From: Pseudovirgaria hyperparasitica
Lineage: Eukaryota
Length of the DNA: 42,112 nt
Assembly (NCBI GenBank): GCA_010093815.1
Contig: ML996598.1
Reading direction: 5' to 3' (one strand)
The notes below the pieces were generated by a model. That model had not been told where the DNA came from and searched no databases. It worked only from the letters and a program-made list of their open reading frames with translations. Within the stretch, counting starts at the first letter, position 1; every line of letters begins with the position of its first letter. Shown in pieces: positions 1-13,183 of the stretch. The translations under genes were made by a program, and so were the position numbers.

Positions 1-2523
1 TTTATTATATAATAGTCTATTACGGCTAGATCCTATTATATAACTCTATTTAGATATATATTCCTTATATAAGGAATATTATATATCTATTTATACCTGT
101 CCTTTTCACAGTACTTACTAATAGCCCTTTACTCTAAATAAGGAATATATTAAATCCCTTTAATTTATAGATAAGATTAAAGAATCTATACTAGGTAAAG
201 GGGTTTAGCTCTGAATTCTTATTATATAAAGAATTATTTAATACTACTCTTAGAACTTCTAAGAATATAGAGGAGTATTTAAATAAGATTATAAGAATTA
301 GAGATAATCTTAAGTCTAAATTACTTAAATTACCTAATAAATTCATAATAGTATAGGTATTAAATAACCTTACTAAGGAATATAAAAACTTAGTAACTAT
401 TATTACCTAGTCTATTAGAAAGGATAAGGATTTAGATATAGATAAAATATTTAATTATCTACTATATAAGTCTAGAAGGATAAAATTAAAGTCTTTACTA
501 AAAAATAAGATAATTAATATAGAAATAGCTAATAATACTAGTTCTAATAAATGCTCTTACTATAAAAAACTAAATTATATAGAAGATAAGTATTTTAAAA
601 AACATCCTTATTTAAAACCCTCTAATAAGGAGAAAGGAAAGCAAAAGTAAAAGAAAGAGAAAGAGAAGAATAAGAAGATAAATACTTCTTCTAAATAAGA
701 AGAAGAGGTATTTACTACCTTAATTAATGACTCTACTATTTAAAAAATAGAGTCTATTAATAGCTCTTTCTATAAAACCTCTTAGATTATAGATTTAGAG
801 GCTAGTATTAATATATACTCTAATAAGAGTCTCTTTATTAGTATTAAAGAATATAATAATACTATTAAATAGAGAGATTTAAATAGAGTTATAAATACTA
901 GTAGTATAGGCGATTATAGAGTTCTAATTATATCTACTAATATAGAGATATTAATTAAGAACTATCTTTATATACCTAATTTTAGAGTAAATCTATTATC
1001 TATAGGAAAGATAATTAGAGATGGAAAGTCTATATTATTTAAAGATAACTATGCCTGCATCTATTCAAAGAATAAGAGGCTATTAGCTAAGGCTAGTATA
1101 ACAAATAATATTAGTATTCTTGAGACAACTCCTATATATAAAGAACCTGATTCTTTATATACCTCTATAGAAAATGAGATTATAGACACTCAAAGTAGTT
1201 CTATTAATTCTACTATAGATTTATAGCATAATAGATTAGGCCATATAAATCAAAAGGCATTAAATCAACTTAAAAATGATAAGATTATAGAATTCCTAGA
1301 TAATAATCTATTATATAAAGAGTATGAAATATATCTAAAGGCTAGTTATACTAAAATATATAAGTCTAACTATATTCCTAAACCTAAGGAATATCTAGAG
1401 GTTATATATAGTGACATTTATAGTCCTTTACCATCTACTATAAATAATTATATATACTTTATAACTTATTTAGATAGCTATTCTAAATATCTAGAGGTAG
1501 ATATTATAAAAAATAGAGATAAGAACTTCTTAATTACTAAGAATTATATTACTAGATAAGAAAACTAGTCTAATAATAATAATAAAGTAAAGAGATTCTA
1601 CTCTAATAATACTAGAGAGTATAAATCATTATTATATAAGTCTTATTTTAATAAAAAAGGCATAGAATACACTTATACATGTCCTTATAGTCTAGAATAG
1701 AACTCTAAAGTAGAGAGAATTAATAGGACATTACTTAATAAAGTTAGATCATTACTTTATTAAGCTAATTTATCTTATTATTACTAGGCTAAAGCTCTAT
1801 TAGCTACGTGTTATCTATATAATAGAACACCACATTCTAGTATAGAATATAAAACTCCCTATGAACTTAAATATGGTAAAAAACCAATTATTATACATAT
1901 AAAAGTATGGGGTTCTAGGGTATATAAAAAGAAACATATACCTAAGAATAAATTAGAGCCAAGAAGTAGCTTATATTATCTTATAAACTATAATGATAAT
2001 AATTAGTATAAATTACTTAATATTAGTAATAATACTACTACATGGGCTAAAGATATTACTATACTATAGAGTACTTTTTATAATAAAAGTCAAAAACTCT
2101 ACTTAGACTCTCTAGAGCAAGAGTCTATATATAGAGAACTAAGTGAAAATGAATCAGAAGAAGACGAAAATTACACAGATAATGAGTCTATATATGATTC
2201 AAATACTCCTAAAATTACAGCCGAATCGGGTAATAATTATAGTTAGAATCAATTTATAAATAATAGAGAAAATCAACCTAGACTCTCTAAGGGGTCTAGA
2301 GACTCTAGAGCTAAATCTAGTTAGTCTATAGACTCTATTAATTTAGATTTAGAAGATAAATTAGCTTATACTAATAATAGTAATATTAATTCTAATGCTA
2401 TATGTTATTATACTTATAATAGTCTATTTAAATTTAGTACTTATAATATATTCTTAGATATTATAGAGCCTAAATCATATAAATAAGCTATAAAAAATAT
2501 ATATACTATAGAATAGAAAAATG
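1..2523 (+). mobile_element. RIP-degraded Ty1/copia LTR retrotransposon, gag-PR-IN and start of RT (5' end outside window)
   Basis: After reverting C>T/G>A: zinc knuckle CSYCKKxNHxEDKCFKKHP (~551-606), protease WIIDSGAS (~783-807), GAG-pre-integrase LWHNRLGHIN (~1221-1250), integrase EVIHSDICGP (~1398-1427) and YSPEQNSKAERINR (~1686-1727), then RT start EPKSYKQA (~2466). PR-IN-RT order is copia-specific. Confidence 0.92.
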
Positions 2524-2761
2524 TGTTAGGACGGGAACCACAATAGACCTATATAGACCATTCTAATCCATACAGCCACGTAGTGGCCAGAGCTAGGTTA
2601 AGTTAGCTAAGTTAAGCAAGGTCACTATATAAGTAGACCGTATAAACCGATTCCTACTCGTTAGAAATCAACCTCGTATAAGAGTAAGATTACTCTATAA
2701 ATACATTCCTATATCTCTCTATGAACTATTAGACTACTATCCTATATCTTTACTCTTTATA
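2524..2761 (+). repeat. 5' LTR of gypsy copy A
   Basis: TGTTAGG...CTTTATA (RIPed ...ACA), TATATAAGTAG box, direct repeat of 10340-10577. Confidence 0.95.
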
Positions 2762-2802
2762 TTTTGATTCCTCTCTATATAGTATAACGGTAGCTTATAG
2801 AG

Positions 2803-4185
2803 ATAGCTCCTACTACGCGCTATAATACCCGTGGCACTACCTTATACGAGAGACTCTCTCTAAATCTAAACGAAGAGAATAGTCTCTCTATAACCACCTC
2901 CACCGATAAGTATACCCTATAGGCTATTATACTAATAACTAGTACGGTATTCTATATAACCGTGGAAGATTACCTAGATAATAAGGAAGGAGTCTATTAT
3001 ACTCTATCGCGGTCTAGTTCATACTATACTAGACCTATCCTTATTATAAGACTAGACCCTATTAACGTTAATGAATTAATTCGTTAGAACTAACTAACGT
3101 TAACCACGCCTTATAATAACGTATATACTAAGCTACACGTAGAGAGGTAGCGTTAGGCTTAGCTTAAGTAGTAACTTCGCGAACTCGACGAAGCGCGAGG
3201 ACGAACTACTAGACTCGAAGCCGCACTACGCGCTTTAGTACTAGTAGTAACTAATCTATACTAATATAGACTAACTTAAGCCGAAATAGTCTAACCAAGT
3301 CTATTACTATCCTAGTTACCTTAGCCTAAGAAACTACCTTACTTCGACGGTAAAACTAGAAGGAGCTTTTATGAATGGGCTTACTAGTATAGCTAATTCT
3401 TCCACCTATTCACGAACGATAGTAATAAGATTAGGTTTATATAGAACTACCTAGACCTAACGCTATCTAAACGTTAGATAGTACATCGAATTAAATACCC
3501 TAAGGATACGTATAACTAGGATACGTTCACCGAATTCCTTCTTTAATACTTCGGCAATAGAGCCGAGCGACGTAAATAGACTTAGAGCTATATCTTTAAG
3601 ACTTAATAGTAAGAGAGATAATCCCCGTTATAACTCCTCGAATACCTCCGATCTCTTTAGAGAGAAGCTAAGGAAGATCGCATGGTTTAATAATATAACG
3701 ACTTTAAAAGGTCCCTTAACCTAAGCGTAAAGAAACGTATCGACCTTATAACGTCTATCTCTACTAACCTTTAGATACTCGCGAATCTCGTAGAACGATA
3801 CTAGCGTATAATAAATAACTAACGTCGTATAGGCGTACGACTATCCCTATTAATCTAATCTAATACGAAATCGTCTAAAGAGGACCGGTTTAGTAATAGA
3901 TCGCGCGGAATACCTTATAGGCGCTACCACTCTACGAACTCGAGAAGACGAGGCCTATACCGCGGATCTTTCTACTAGTCGATATATTAAGACGCGAGAA
4001 ACGACTCGTATAAACGACCTAAAGTCACCTACTACACCTATAGTAGAATAGGCCATATAGCACCCGAGTACCGCTTAGGGAAACTACTAAATACTAATAT
4101 AGATACTAAGTTAGTTACATGCTATAAGTGCTAGTAGCTAGAATACATCGCGCCTAACTACCCGGTATATAATATAAAAAACTAA
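2803..4185 (+). pseudogene. gag: gag of gypsy copy A (460 codons, two CCHC knuckles)
   Basis: ATA at 2803 is ATG in copies B (34224) and C (41020) and is in frame with TAA 4183-4185. Reverted knuckles CYTCGGIGHIAPEC and CYKCQQPGHIAPNC. Confidence 0.88.
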
Positions 4186-7100
4186 CTGCCTATAAGGAAC
4201 CCTCGCGACTTATAGATATAACTAAAATAGAGGGATAACTAGCTAACTAGTATATTAAACTATAGGCTAGGCCTATTAAGGTCCCTCGTGGATAACATTA
4301 GACCGTAATACTTAATAGTAGTTTAGCTACTAACGTTATATCGACTTAACGAGCACGAGAACTTAACGTCGATATTTAAGTACTAATAGATGCTACCTTC
4401 TATAGTATCGATGGTCCTATTAAATCGTAGGATACCTATACTATTAAATATAGTATCTAGGATAGCGGGGGGAAGTAGAAACCCTACTACTTAACCTTTA
4501 TCGTGGTAGATAGTCCCTTTAATATAATCCTCGGTATACCATAGCTCGAAAAATATAACCCGAAACTAGACTTTATCTAGAAAACAGCTGGCTGGCGCAT
4601 ATACCCACTATAATAGAACCTAGTATAGCTAGTCAACGACGAATAATTCTAGAAGGACTACGAAAAGGTAATCTCCGCTATCTACGTCCTCTTACTTACT
4701 TAAAATAGAGAGCTTAGTATTAAAGTGGACGAAAACCTACTATATTAGTATAAAATATACTAACATATCGCGTTAGCAATCGACTCGTCCGAATTACCTT
4801 AATACTAATCTACTAACCTTACTATTAACCTCGAAGACGGTTAATAACCCCTACACGGACCTATATACCCTCTATTAGAACCCGAGCTATAGGTCCTCTA
4901 AGAATATATTAAAAAGAACCTTACGCGAGGATAGATTAGGCCTAGTATATCCCTAGCCGGAGCTCTAATTCTCTTTATAAAGAAGAAGGATAGGAGTCTC
5001 TATCTATATATCGACTACTATAGCCTAAATAATATTACGCGAAAGAATCATTACCTACTACCTCTTATCTCCGAGTCTATTAATAGACTAGGGCGCGCGA
5101 AGATCTTTACTAAGCTTAATCTACGTAACGCCTACTACCGCCTACGTATTAAGAAGGGTAATAAGTAGAAAACGGCGTTTAGGACCCGTTATGGATACTT
5201 CGAGTATATAGTAGTCCCTTTTAGACTAACTAACGCGCTAGGAACCTTCTAAGCGTACATTAATAACGTGCTAGTAGGCCTACTCGACACGACGTGCATT
5301 ATATACCTTAATAATATTCTTATCTTCTCTAATAACGAAGAAGAACATATCTAGCACGTACGTGTAGTCCTAGATAGGCTAGAAAAACATAAGCTATATA
5401 TTAAGCTATCTAAATGCGAGTTCCACTAGGACCATGTTAACTTCCTTAGCTTCGTTATTACTAATTAAGGTATAACCATAGAAAGGGATAGGGTCGCTAC
5501 TATCGTGGACTAGTCTAAACTAAAATTAGTTCGAGATATACGTGTCTTTATTAGATTCGCTAATTACTACCGAAAATTCGTTAAGCATTTCTCCCGGCTA
5601 GTAGCACCGCTTAACACGCGTACTACTACTATAGATTCGTCTATTACGGTCCGCGGTAGATAGAAACAGCGTAATATTAAATTATAGCCTATAGAATTAT
5701 CGGAAGGCGAAAGGGCCTCCTTTGAGAAAATCAAAGAGGCATTTATAACTACCCTATTACTAATATACTTCGACCTAACTAAACCTATCCGCGTTAAAAC
5801 CGACGCGTTAGAATTTATAATCTTAGGTATTCTCTTCTAGCCTAGATTAACTAAGTCTAAAAAGGTCTAATAGTATCTAGTTACGTTCTTCTCACGCAAA
5901 ATGGTCGATGTTAAGACTAGATATACTATCTATAACTAAGAGCTACTAGTAATAGTAGAGTCGTTTAAATAGTGGCGATATTATCTTAAAGGTACCATGT
6001 ATAATGTCGAGTTACTAACTAATTACTATAACTTAAAGGGGTTTATAAGCACGACGGTTTTAAACCATTAATAGATCTAATAGGCTAAGTAGCTTACGAA
6101 CTTTTACTTTATAATCTACTATCGATCTAGAAGTATAAATCTAGCTAATAGAATGTTAAGAAGACCTAACTATAAAGAAGGCGCCTAGAATTATAGTGGC
6201 CATAGGGTCCTAGAGTAGCTATAGGCCTAACTCTTAAGGATAAGGTTAGATTTTAAGTTATTAGGCGATTAGCGAGATACTAACGTTAATGCCGGTAATT
6301 AAATATCTAAGACCGAAGCCGGTAACTAAAGACGCGGTACTAAAGTCCCTAGTAGGCCGTTTATTGGTGCTATCGGGAAGGGCGATAATACCTAGCGTGA
6401 ATATCTAATTAACCTCGCCTAGTTAATCGTGGATCTATAGAAGATAGACCCGATAGTTTTAAAGTTATGTAAAATATAGTAAGATAGGTTATTATAGACT
6501 AAAGTAGACTATAAGTAGACCTTCGTAGACGGCTTACTTTACTATGATAGAAAGTACTATATATTAATAGGTAACGCGTAATTTAACGTAGTTAGCTGAT
6601 ACTATAACGCTAACCTAGTAGGATACTTTGGGTATATACGTACCCTAAGCTTAATTCGTTAGTACTATTTTTAGGAAGATATACCTAAGTACATCGAAGA
6701 ATAGATAGCTACTTATCCGATTTATTAAAGAACGAAGGCCCCTAGGCATAAGCCATATAGGAATTTATAGCCTCTTTTAGCCCCCCTCTTTATATAGGAA
6801 GATATTACTATAGACTTTATAGTTAACTTATCTCTAAGCGAGATGCTTAGAATAAGTTATAATTCTATTCTTATTATCATAGATAGACTTATAAAGATAT
6901 CTAGGTATATCCTAGTATGGAAGACGATTATATCCAAAGAACTAGCGTAGGTATTCTAGAACGAGATTATTAAGGTCTATAGTATACTAAAAAGGATCGT
7001 TACGGACCGAGGAAGTACCTTCACATCTAAATTCTAGACGTTATTCTACGAAATAGTAAGTATAAATAGAAATATATCTATAGTATTTTATCCTTAGACG

Positions 7101-8003
7101 GATGGCTAGATAGAGCGATAGAACTAGACGCTTAAGGCCTACCTACGCGCATTCTATAATTTCGAGTAGGATAACTAGGCCTCTCTACTAAGTATAGTAG
7201 AGTTTATATATAATAATAGTCGTTATAGTATAATAGATATTATACCTTTCTAGGCGAACCTCGGACGTAGTCTAAGGATAGGTTTTAAGCCTTAGACGGT
7301 CTAATTTAATCGAATAATAGACGTGAACGTCCACGCTTAGAAATTAGTAATTAAAATCTTCGAAACCGTACGTAACTATCGCGCTATAATCTAATAAGTA
7401 AACGACTCGTATACGAAGTACTATAATAGGTTAGCTAAGGATTAGACGTACGAGGAGGGTAACGAGGTCCTTCTTAACGTTTATAATATATGAACGTCGC
7501 GAGTAAATAAGAAGCTCGATTATAAAATGGCTGGTCCCTTCCGAATTAAACGTCGCATTAGTATAAGAGCCTACGAGCTCAACTTAGAAAGCAATATAAG
7601 AATCTATAACGTGTTCCACGTCTTACTACTCGAAAGATTTCGACCTAACGTGTATGGCCGTACGAACGTATAGTTATACTCTATTATACCCTAAGATGGA
7701 CTAGACGTGTTCGAAGTAGACTATATTATCGAATATAGAATCGATAAAGACGGCGTTTAGAAATATAGAATCCGTTAGAAGGACTATACTAAGGACGAGG
7801 ACACCTAGGAACTAGCGGTATATATCTTAAGTTCTATAATAGCTGCGTATAAGTAAAAGATATAGAATAGTATATTATTAATATAAGTATAGCGACGTCG
7901 CGGTCGTTATAAAAAGAAGAAGAATACCATAGAGAACGAAGTGCTAAACTAGGAAATCTAGACGCGCACTAGGAAAACTCTATATGGCAGCCCCATAATT
8001 TAA
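4176..8003 (+). pseudogene. pol: pol of gypsy copy A (PR, RT, RNase H, integrase, chromodomain)
   Basis: Reverted motifs LDSGSATN (~4311), KTAFRT, YLDDIL (~5304), ETDAS (~5796), WEDITMDF, IVTDRG, HPQTDGQTER, GPF and chromodomain FEVDxIxEHR..YRIRWKGY..DTWEP (~7710-7815). 3' end approximate. Confidence 0.92.
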
Positions 8004-8399
8004 GTGTTATACGGTTACTAGACGCGAAGAAAGTATAAATAACCATTTTAGAAACGCGACGCGATATACCATAATAGAATAACATAGAGGAGTCTAGAAT
8101 AGACTAACATGGACTATTATACACGAGAAAAACATAGGACTAAGAACCTAAAAAAAGGTACCCTACCATAGAATTAAACTCTTAACACGAAATATAAAAG
8201 GTTAGAGTATCTAAACCAATAACTACTAGGCCACTGGTTCGGGTACTCTAATGGAATTCATAGAGATAAACCAATTTATATGCGGTGCCTACACTTAGGT
8301 GACTTAAGGAAAATTAGAATATAGAAACCGATAGTTATAAGCTAAGTAAGCGCATATATAATATCGTTAAGTTAAGAATTAAATTACTAGAAACTAGCT

Positions 8400-9860
8400 A
8401 ACGGGTATCTAAACGGTCTAAAAAGGACTAAAACGGATAAGAGCTAGGTATAGAGCTAATACATAGAGCTAGGCATAGAGCTAATATATAGAGCTAGACC
8501 ATAGAGCTAATATAGAGAGCTAAACCCATAGAGCTAGAACCATAGAGCTACTCCTCTATCTTATTATCTGTTCTAACCTCTAGTATAGTCCTCTCTAACT
8601 ATATAATATGGCGGTAGAGGACGATGACCTTAGCCTCTAGAGTAATAATCTAATCCGTTAGAGCCTAGAGGGAAGAGCCTTAAGCGCCGGAGCGTAGCGA
8701 CTAGGTCTAAAGTTAGCTAATACGATCTAGAATAATCTAGAAGAGAATATATACTCTCTTATAAGGCGACTTAGAGGGAGAAATAGTAGACCTCTTATAA
8801 GATCTATTAGTAGCGCGAGACGGATAGGGGGGGATAGAGCGAATTCTCTCTACGGCCTCTATAGCTAGGATAGACTCTCTAGAATAGGTAGCCTAGGCGC
8901 TAGGGATCTCGCGGCGGCTAGAAAAATCAATAGGTGTTAAAAATAATTAACGTGCTCGTAACTTATACTTTAATAACCTCTAGGAAGAGCTTATAGCGCT
9001 CCCTAAACTCCCTCTATATAGTAGATAGATGGCTATAAGGACCCCCGAGGGTCTTGCGGACACGAAGATCGTTATATATATCTTATATATATATAGGAAC
9101 CTAAGAATATATTAGTATAGACCACTTTAGATTATACTAGATTAAGATAGCCTATTATACTTATCTATAGATAAGTCTTACTAGTTACGGTATAGCGGTA
9201 GTAGCGGGTAGGTAGAGTAAAGATAGGGTGTATAGGCCCGTCGCGGTTAGTAGAGTAGTAGCTAATACTAGAGTTAGAGCGAAAGAGATATTTAGAGCCG
9301 GCCATATGGCCCTTAATATACTTATAGTATATTAAACCGTAGTTCGCCGTTTTCCTATGGCGTAAACCACGACTACGTTTAGTATCCTCGGCGACCTAGA
9401 CCTTATTATTAGTAGGCTAGGGTTTAGAGTAAATATTAAGGTCCTAAAAGGACCTAGAGTAACTAAATCGGTCTATATTAGACCGGAAGGAAGAGCGGCG
9501 AGGCGGCGGCGTAGGTAAGCGCAAGGGCTCGCGATTATCGTCTATAATAAGATCTTCTTTATCCTCTAGAGGAGGTAGAGTAGACGGCGTACGCTTTAGA
9601 GTAAGAGGAGAACCTACGACCACTTCATCCATAAGTTTAGTACTAGAATTACCTAGATTAGAGCGACTAGTGGCTATATTAGTAGTAGAGGCAGTAGTAG
9701 CAGTAGCCCTAGCTACTCTCTTCTCTAACTTAGAGCGCGCCTTCATGCTACCGCGATAGATAGACTTCTTAGCCGGCGTGGCTAGGGAGTAGGCGATACC
9801 TTTAGAGCGAGTCTTACGAGAGAAGGAGGTAGGCTTAGAGATAGGACTAGTATTAGATAT
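8400..9860 (-). pseudogene. Antisense, probably spliced, ORF of unknown function in the 3' region of gypsy copy A (includes the 100-aa track ORF 9444-9746)
   Basis: The track ORF extends stop-free upstream to ~9860 and continues past RIP-type TAG stops. Intron-like segments at 8918-8966 and from 9101. The homologous sequence is conserved in copy B. Confidence 0.6.
8440..8550. repeat. Imperfect 12-14 bp tandem repeat with core ATAGAGCTA
   Basis: About nine AGAGCTA cores in tandem; far fewer at the homologous site in copy B (~39858-39925). Confidence 0.8.
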
Positions 9861-10322
9861 CTATATATACACGTTAGCTAGAGATCTAAGGAAGGAATAT
9901 TCGTCTACCCTTAACGGTAATTAACGAAGCTAAATTAGTAACCGTAATAACGCGAATAGGTTATATTAGACCGGTTCTAATAAGAATAGACTACTATAGA
10001 CCCTTCTAAACCTAAACTAGGGAAGATAGTATATAAATTAACGACTTACCTTAAGAGCGAGGTGGATATACTAGAGAATAAAATTAAAGGCGAGCGAAGC
10101 TAAATATATACTCGACCAAAGTAGTAATTATATGTCCTAGGTAGTAGCCACGAAGCAAGGGATAAGCGCGTGTATAAACTAGTAAAAGTGAACTAGAATC
10201 TCGAGTTCACCTATATTAAGGATGGTTATAACGTTATAGAAACTTAGTTACGGATATATAGATACACGATAGATTATAGAGACTTAGGATTATATATACT
10301 TAAGTGCTTCGGGGCGAAGTAT

Positions 10323-10336
10323 AAAAAGAAGAAGGA
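10323..10336 (+). other. Polypurine tract of gypsy copy A
   Basis: AAAAAGAAGAAGGA three bases upstream of the 3' LTR. Confidence 0.85.
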
Positions 10337-10339
10337 TAT

Positions 10340-10577
10340 TATTAGGACGGGAACCATAATAGACCTATATAGACTATTCTAATCCATGCAGCCACGTAGT
10401 AGCTAGAGCTGGGTTGAGTTAGCTAAGTTAAGCGAGGTTACTATATAAGTAGACCGCACAAACCGATTCCTACTCGTTAGTAATTAACCTCGTATAAGAG
10501 TGAGATTACTCTATAAATACATTCCTATGTCTCTCTATGAACTGTTAGACTACTATCCCACGTCTTCACTCTTTATA
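10340..10577 (+). repeat. 3' LTR of gypsy copy A
   Basis: Colinear with 2524-2761; differences are almost all C/T or G/A. Confidence 0.95.
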
Positions 10578-10582
10578 AAATG

Positions 10583-10772
10583 CTACTATTAAGAAGTATA
10601 ATGACTTATTAAGTTAAAATATATAGGATTTAGTAGATAAACCTAAGAATGGTTCTACTAATATAATCTCTAGTAGATAGGTATTTAAAATTAAATTAAA
10701 CCTAGATAATACTATTAATAAGTATAAAGCTAGATAGGTAGCTAGAGGTTTTCTATAAAAATATAGAATAGA
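10583..10772 (+). mobile_element. Continuation of the copia reverse transcriptase, truncated by a Helitron insertion
   Basis: Reads on in frame across the AAATG duplication: WKNA..EEYNDLLSQNTWDLV..RWVFKIK..KYKARWVARGFLQKYGI(D), the RVT_2 N-terminus. Stops abruptly at 10772. Confidence 0.9.
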
Positions 10773-10796
10773 CTAGGGTGGCCTATAGCCGGTAGG
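10773..10796 (-). terminator. Helitron 3' terminal hairpin and CTAG
   Basis: + strand CTAGGGTGGCCTATAGCCGGTAGGC, a GC-rich inverted repeat exactly where copia homology breaks. Confidence 0.8.
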
Positions 10797-11499
10797 CTAT
10801 AAGTAGCCTTAAATTCAAGGCTACTTTCCTAGAGTTCTAAAGGTATTAGTATCGTGGAGTAGAGTCTTATAGAGTATAGTATTATAGAGTAGAGTCTTAG
10901 AAAGAGACTATATTACATGATATATATATAGCCTTAGACCATAACTAAACTAGAGTATCGTAAGTTCTTAGCGATATATCTAAAACCTTATCCCTTATAT
11001 ATAAGTAGATAGCTAATAGATAGTCTTTATCTATTATAGGGAGGGAATAGTAGCTAATAAGAAAATTCTCTACCGTTAGTAGAATACTATATAATATTAT
11101 TACTAGTAGAATAATAGAGTAATAATAGAAATATATTCTATTTACTATAACTAAAGGTAGTACTAGTATTAATCTAGGGCTTATATTATATAGTATAAAG
11201 GTATCTCTCTACAATCTTATCTTTAGCTACTACTATTACTACTTTACGCTAGAAAGGCCCTTATTATTAAAATAACGAAGTAAGTTACCCCTTCTATTAT
11301 AACTTTATTTCTATACCTTCTATACCCTACTCTACTCTCTTAGACTACTATAGTAGTTATATAGAAGTAGAATAGCTATAGCTTAGTATAGTAAAAAGTT
11401 TTTATCTCTAATTTTCTTAACCTTAAAGTAACTTCTTCTCTACTCTTACACGGCTAATATTAAGTTATAGGCCCTTATACTAAGTAATCCCTACTATAA

Positions 11500-12480
11500 T
11501 AATAGTAATAGTTAACTATACACCTAGTAGCTACGCGACTAGTACTTCTAGTTATAGTAGAAGTAGTAGTAGTAGTAGTTATAGCCCTCTAAAGTAGCTA
11601 CTAAAATCCTATAATAATAACTACTATATCTTATCTAAGATAGAGAGCTTCTATAAAGATATTAATAGTAAGTATAATAAAGAGATTCTTTATAAGTTAA
11701 TCTACTATTATAGTAAGAAGACTATCTAACTCTATATAGCTAATAGCTATAAGAACTTTAAGGCGCGCCTTACTATTAAAAATCTAGAGCGTTTCTATGC
11801 CGGGAATAATACTAAGATTAAGAAGTTTATTCTAATAATAGCGTAGCTTAATATAATATCTCCTAGGCGTTATAAGGTCGATCTTAGCCGCCCTTACTTT
11901 AGGTACTCGGCTCTTATCTATATCCGCTCTAAGGTTACCGTAAAGGTATATATAACCTATTATAAGAATAAACGCTACTTTAAGTTCTACTATATTCCCC
12001 CCTCCGGCCTCTAGATATTATTTAGTTATAGTAGATATACTAATTATAGTATAGTTAGTAAGTAGTTGCGCTATTCCTTTATAGCTAATAAAAGTAAGTT
12101 ATATCTCTTTTAGTTATACTATAATAAAGATCTCTAACTAATAATTAGAAAAGCTAGCTAAGACCTCTATCTATACTAGTAAAGCCTCGTACTCTTATTA
12201 GTCTTCTACTACTTCTATATACGCTAGTAGACCCTTCTACTTATACTAGTTATCTACTATAAAGATAACCTCTAGGCTAGTTACGCCGTACCGTCTTATA
12301 AAGAAGTCTAATCTTTAGACTATCGCCTAGACTATTAACTCTAAGAATACTAAGGCTATATACTACCACGCCTATGAACTTCGCAACCTTATAAAGGAGA
12401 TAGAGAAATATACTAACGACGCTAAGGCTAATACTAACTTTAAGAGTTTCTCTAAGTAGATAGTACTATCGCTATATAGC
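11500..12480 (+). pseudogene. Intron-containing ORF remnant of unknown function inside the Helitron
   Basis: Long codon-like frame with only RIP-type stops (ESFYKD..NFKARLT..LERFYAG..YHAYELRNL). Canonical GTAAGT..CTAAC..TAG intron at 12094-12148. Confidence 0.55.
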
Positions 12481-13183
12481 TAGTTAGTTAGGGTAGTAGT
12501 AGTACTACTCTATATTATAACTATACTTCTATATAGATAAATACTAAGCTCTTTCTCTAATATCTATTCTATCTAGATATTTATTATAAGTATCGTGATT
12601 TTAAAATTTTTAGCTATATAGTTATAAAGTCTAGAAGATATAGCGCTAACCTAAAGGACAATAGTTTAGGGTATTAATCTTACTACTATATAGCGACGTA
12701 TAATATCTAAAATTAAAAGAAACTTTCTTAATCTACGACATTCTATAACATAGATATAGTAATTATTTAGCTCTACCGCTAGCGTAAATAATAGTAATCT
12801 CGATTTTAGTAGCTCTATGTATATTACCGTATCTACGACTATTATAGAGTATCTAAGCTTATTATAACTCTACTAATTAATATACGACTTAACTACCGTA
12901 GTAAATACATAAATATACTAGTAAGTATATTTTACAATAGATATAAGAGAATATTATATAAATAGAAGGTACGGTACCTAGGAAAACATCTAATTAAAAT
13001 ACTAGAAGTATAATAGAATTTAAATATAAGTAGAGATTAAGATAATTCATATTACGGATATAGATAATAGTTTCTATAATACCTATATAAAGAGCGATAG
13101 AACGACTAGAATAATATAGTATTAGAAGAGGAGGAAATACTTAAGACTATCGTAGAGTAGTTTAAATAAGACTAGTATTATAG

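Larger units (their letters stand above)
2524..10577 (+). mobile_element. Full-length RIPed Ty3/gypsy chromovirus (copy A, 8054 bp)
   Basis: Two 238-bp LTRs, AAATG at 2519-2523 and 10578-10582, purine tract before the 3' LTR, gag plus PR-RT-RH-IN-chromodomain. Confidence 0.96.

Noticed and set aside
9444..9746. 100-aa ORF as a stand-alone host gene
   Set aside because: It lies inside the gypsy element and is a stop-free fragment of a longer RIPed antisense frame.
10774..10800. TIR of a TA-targeting Tc1/mariner element
   Set aside because: No matching inverted end found; hairpin plus CTAG and the co-oriented Rep-helicase fit a Helitron better.
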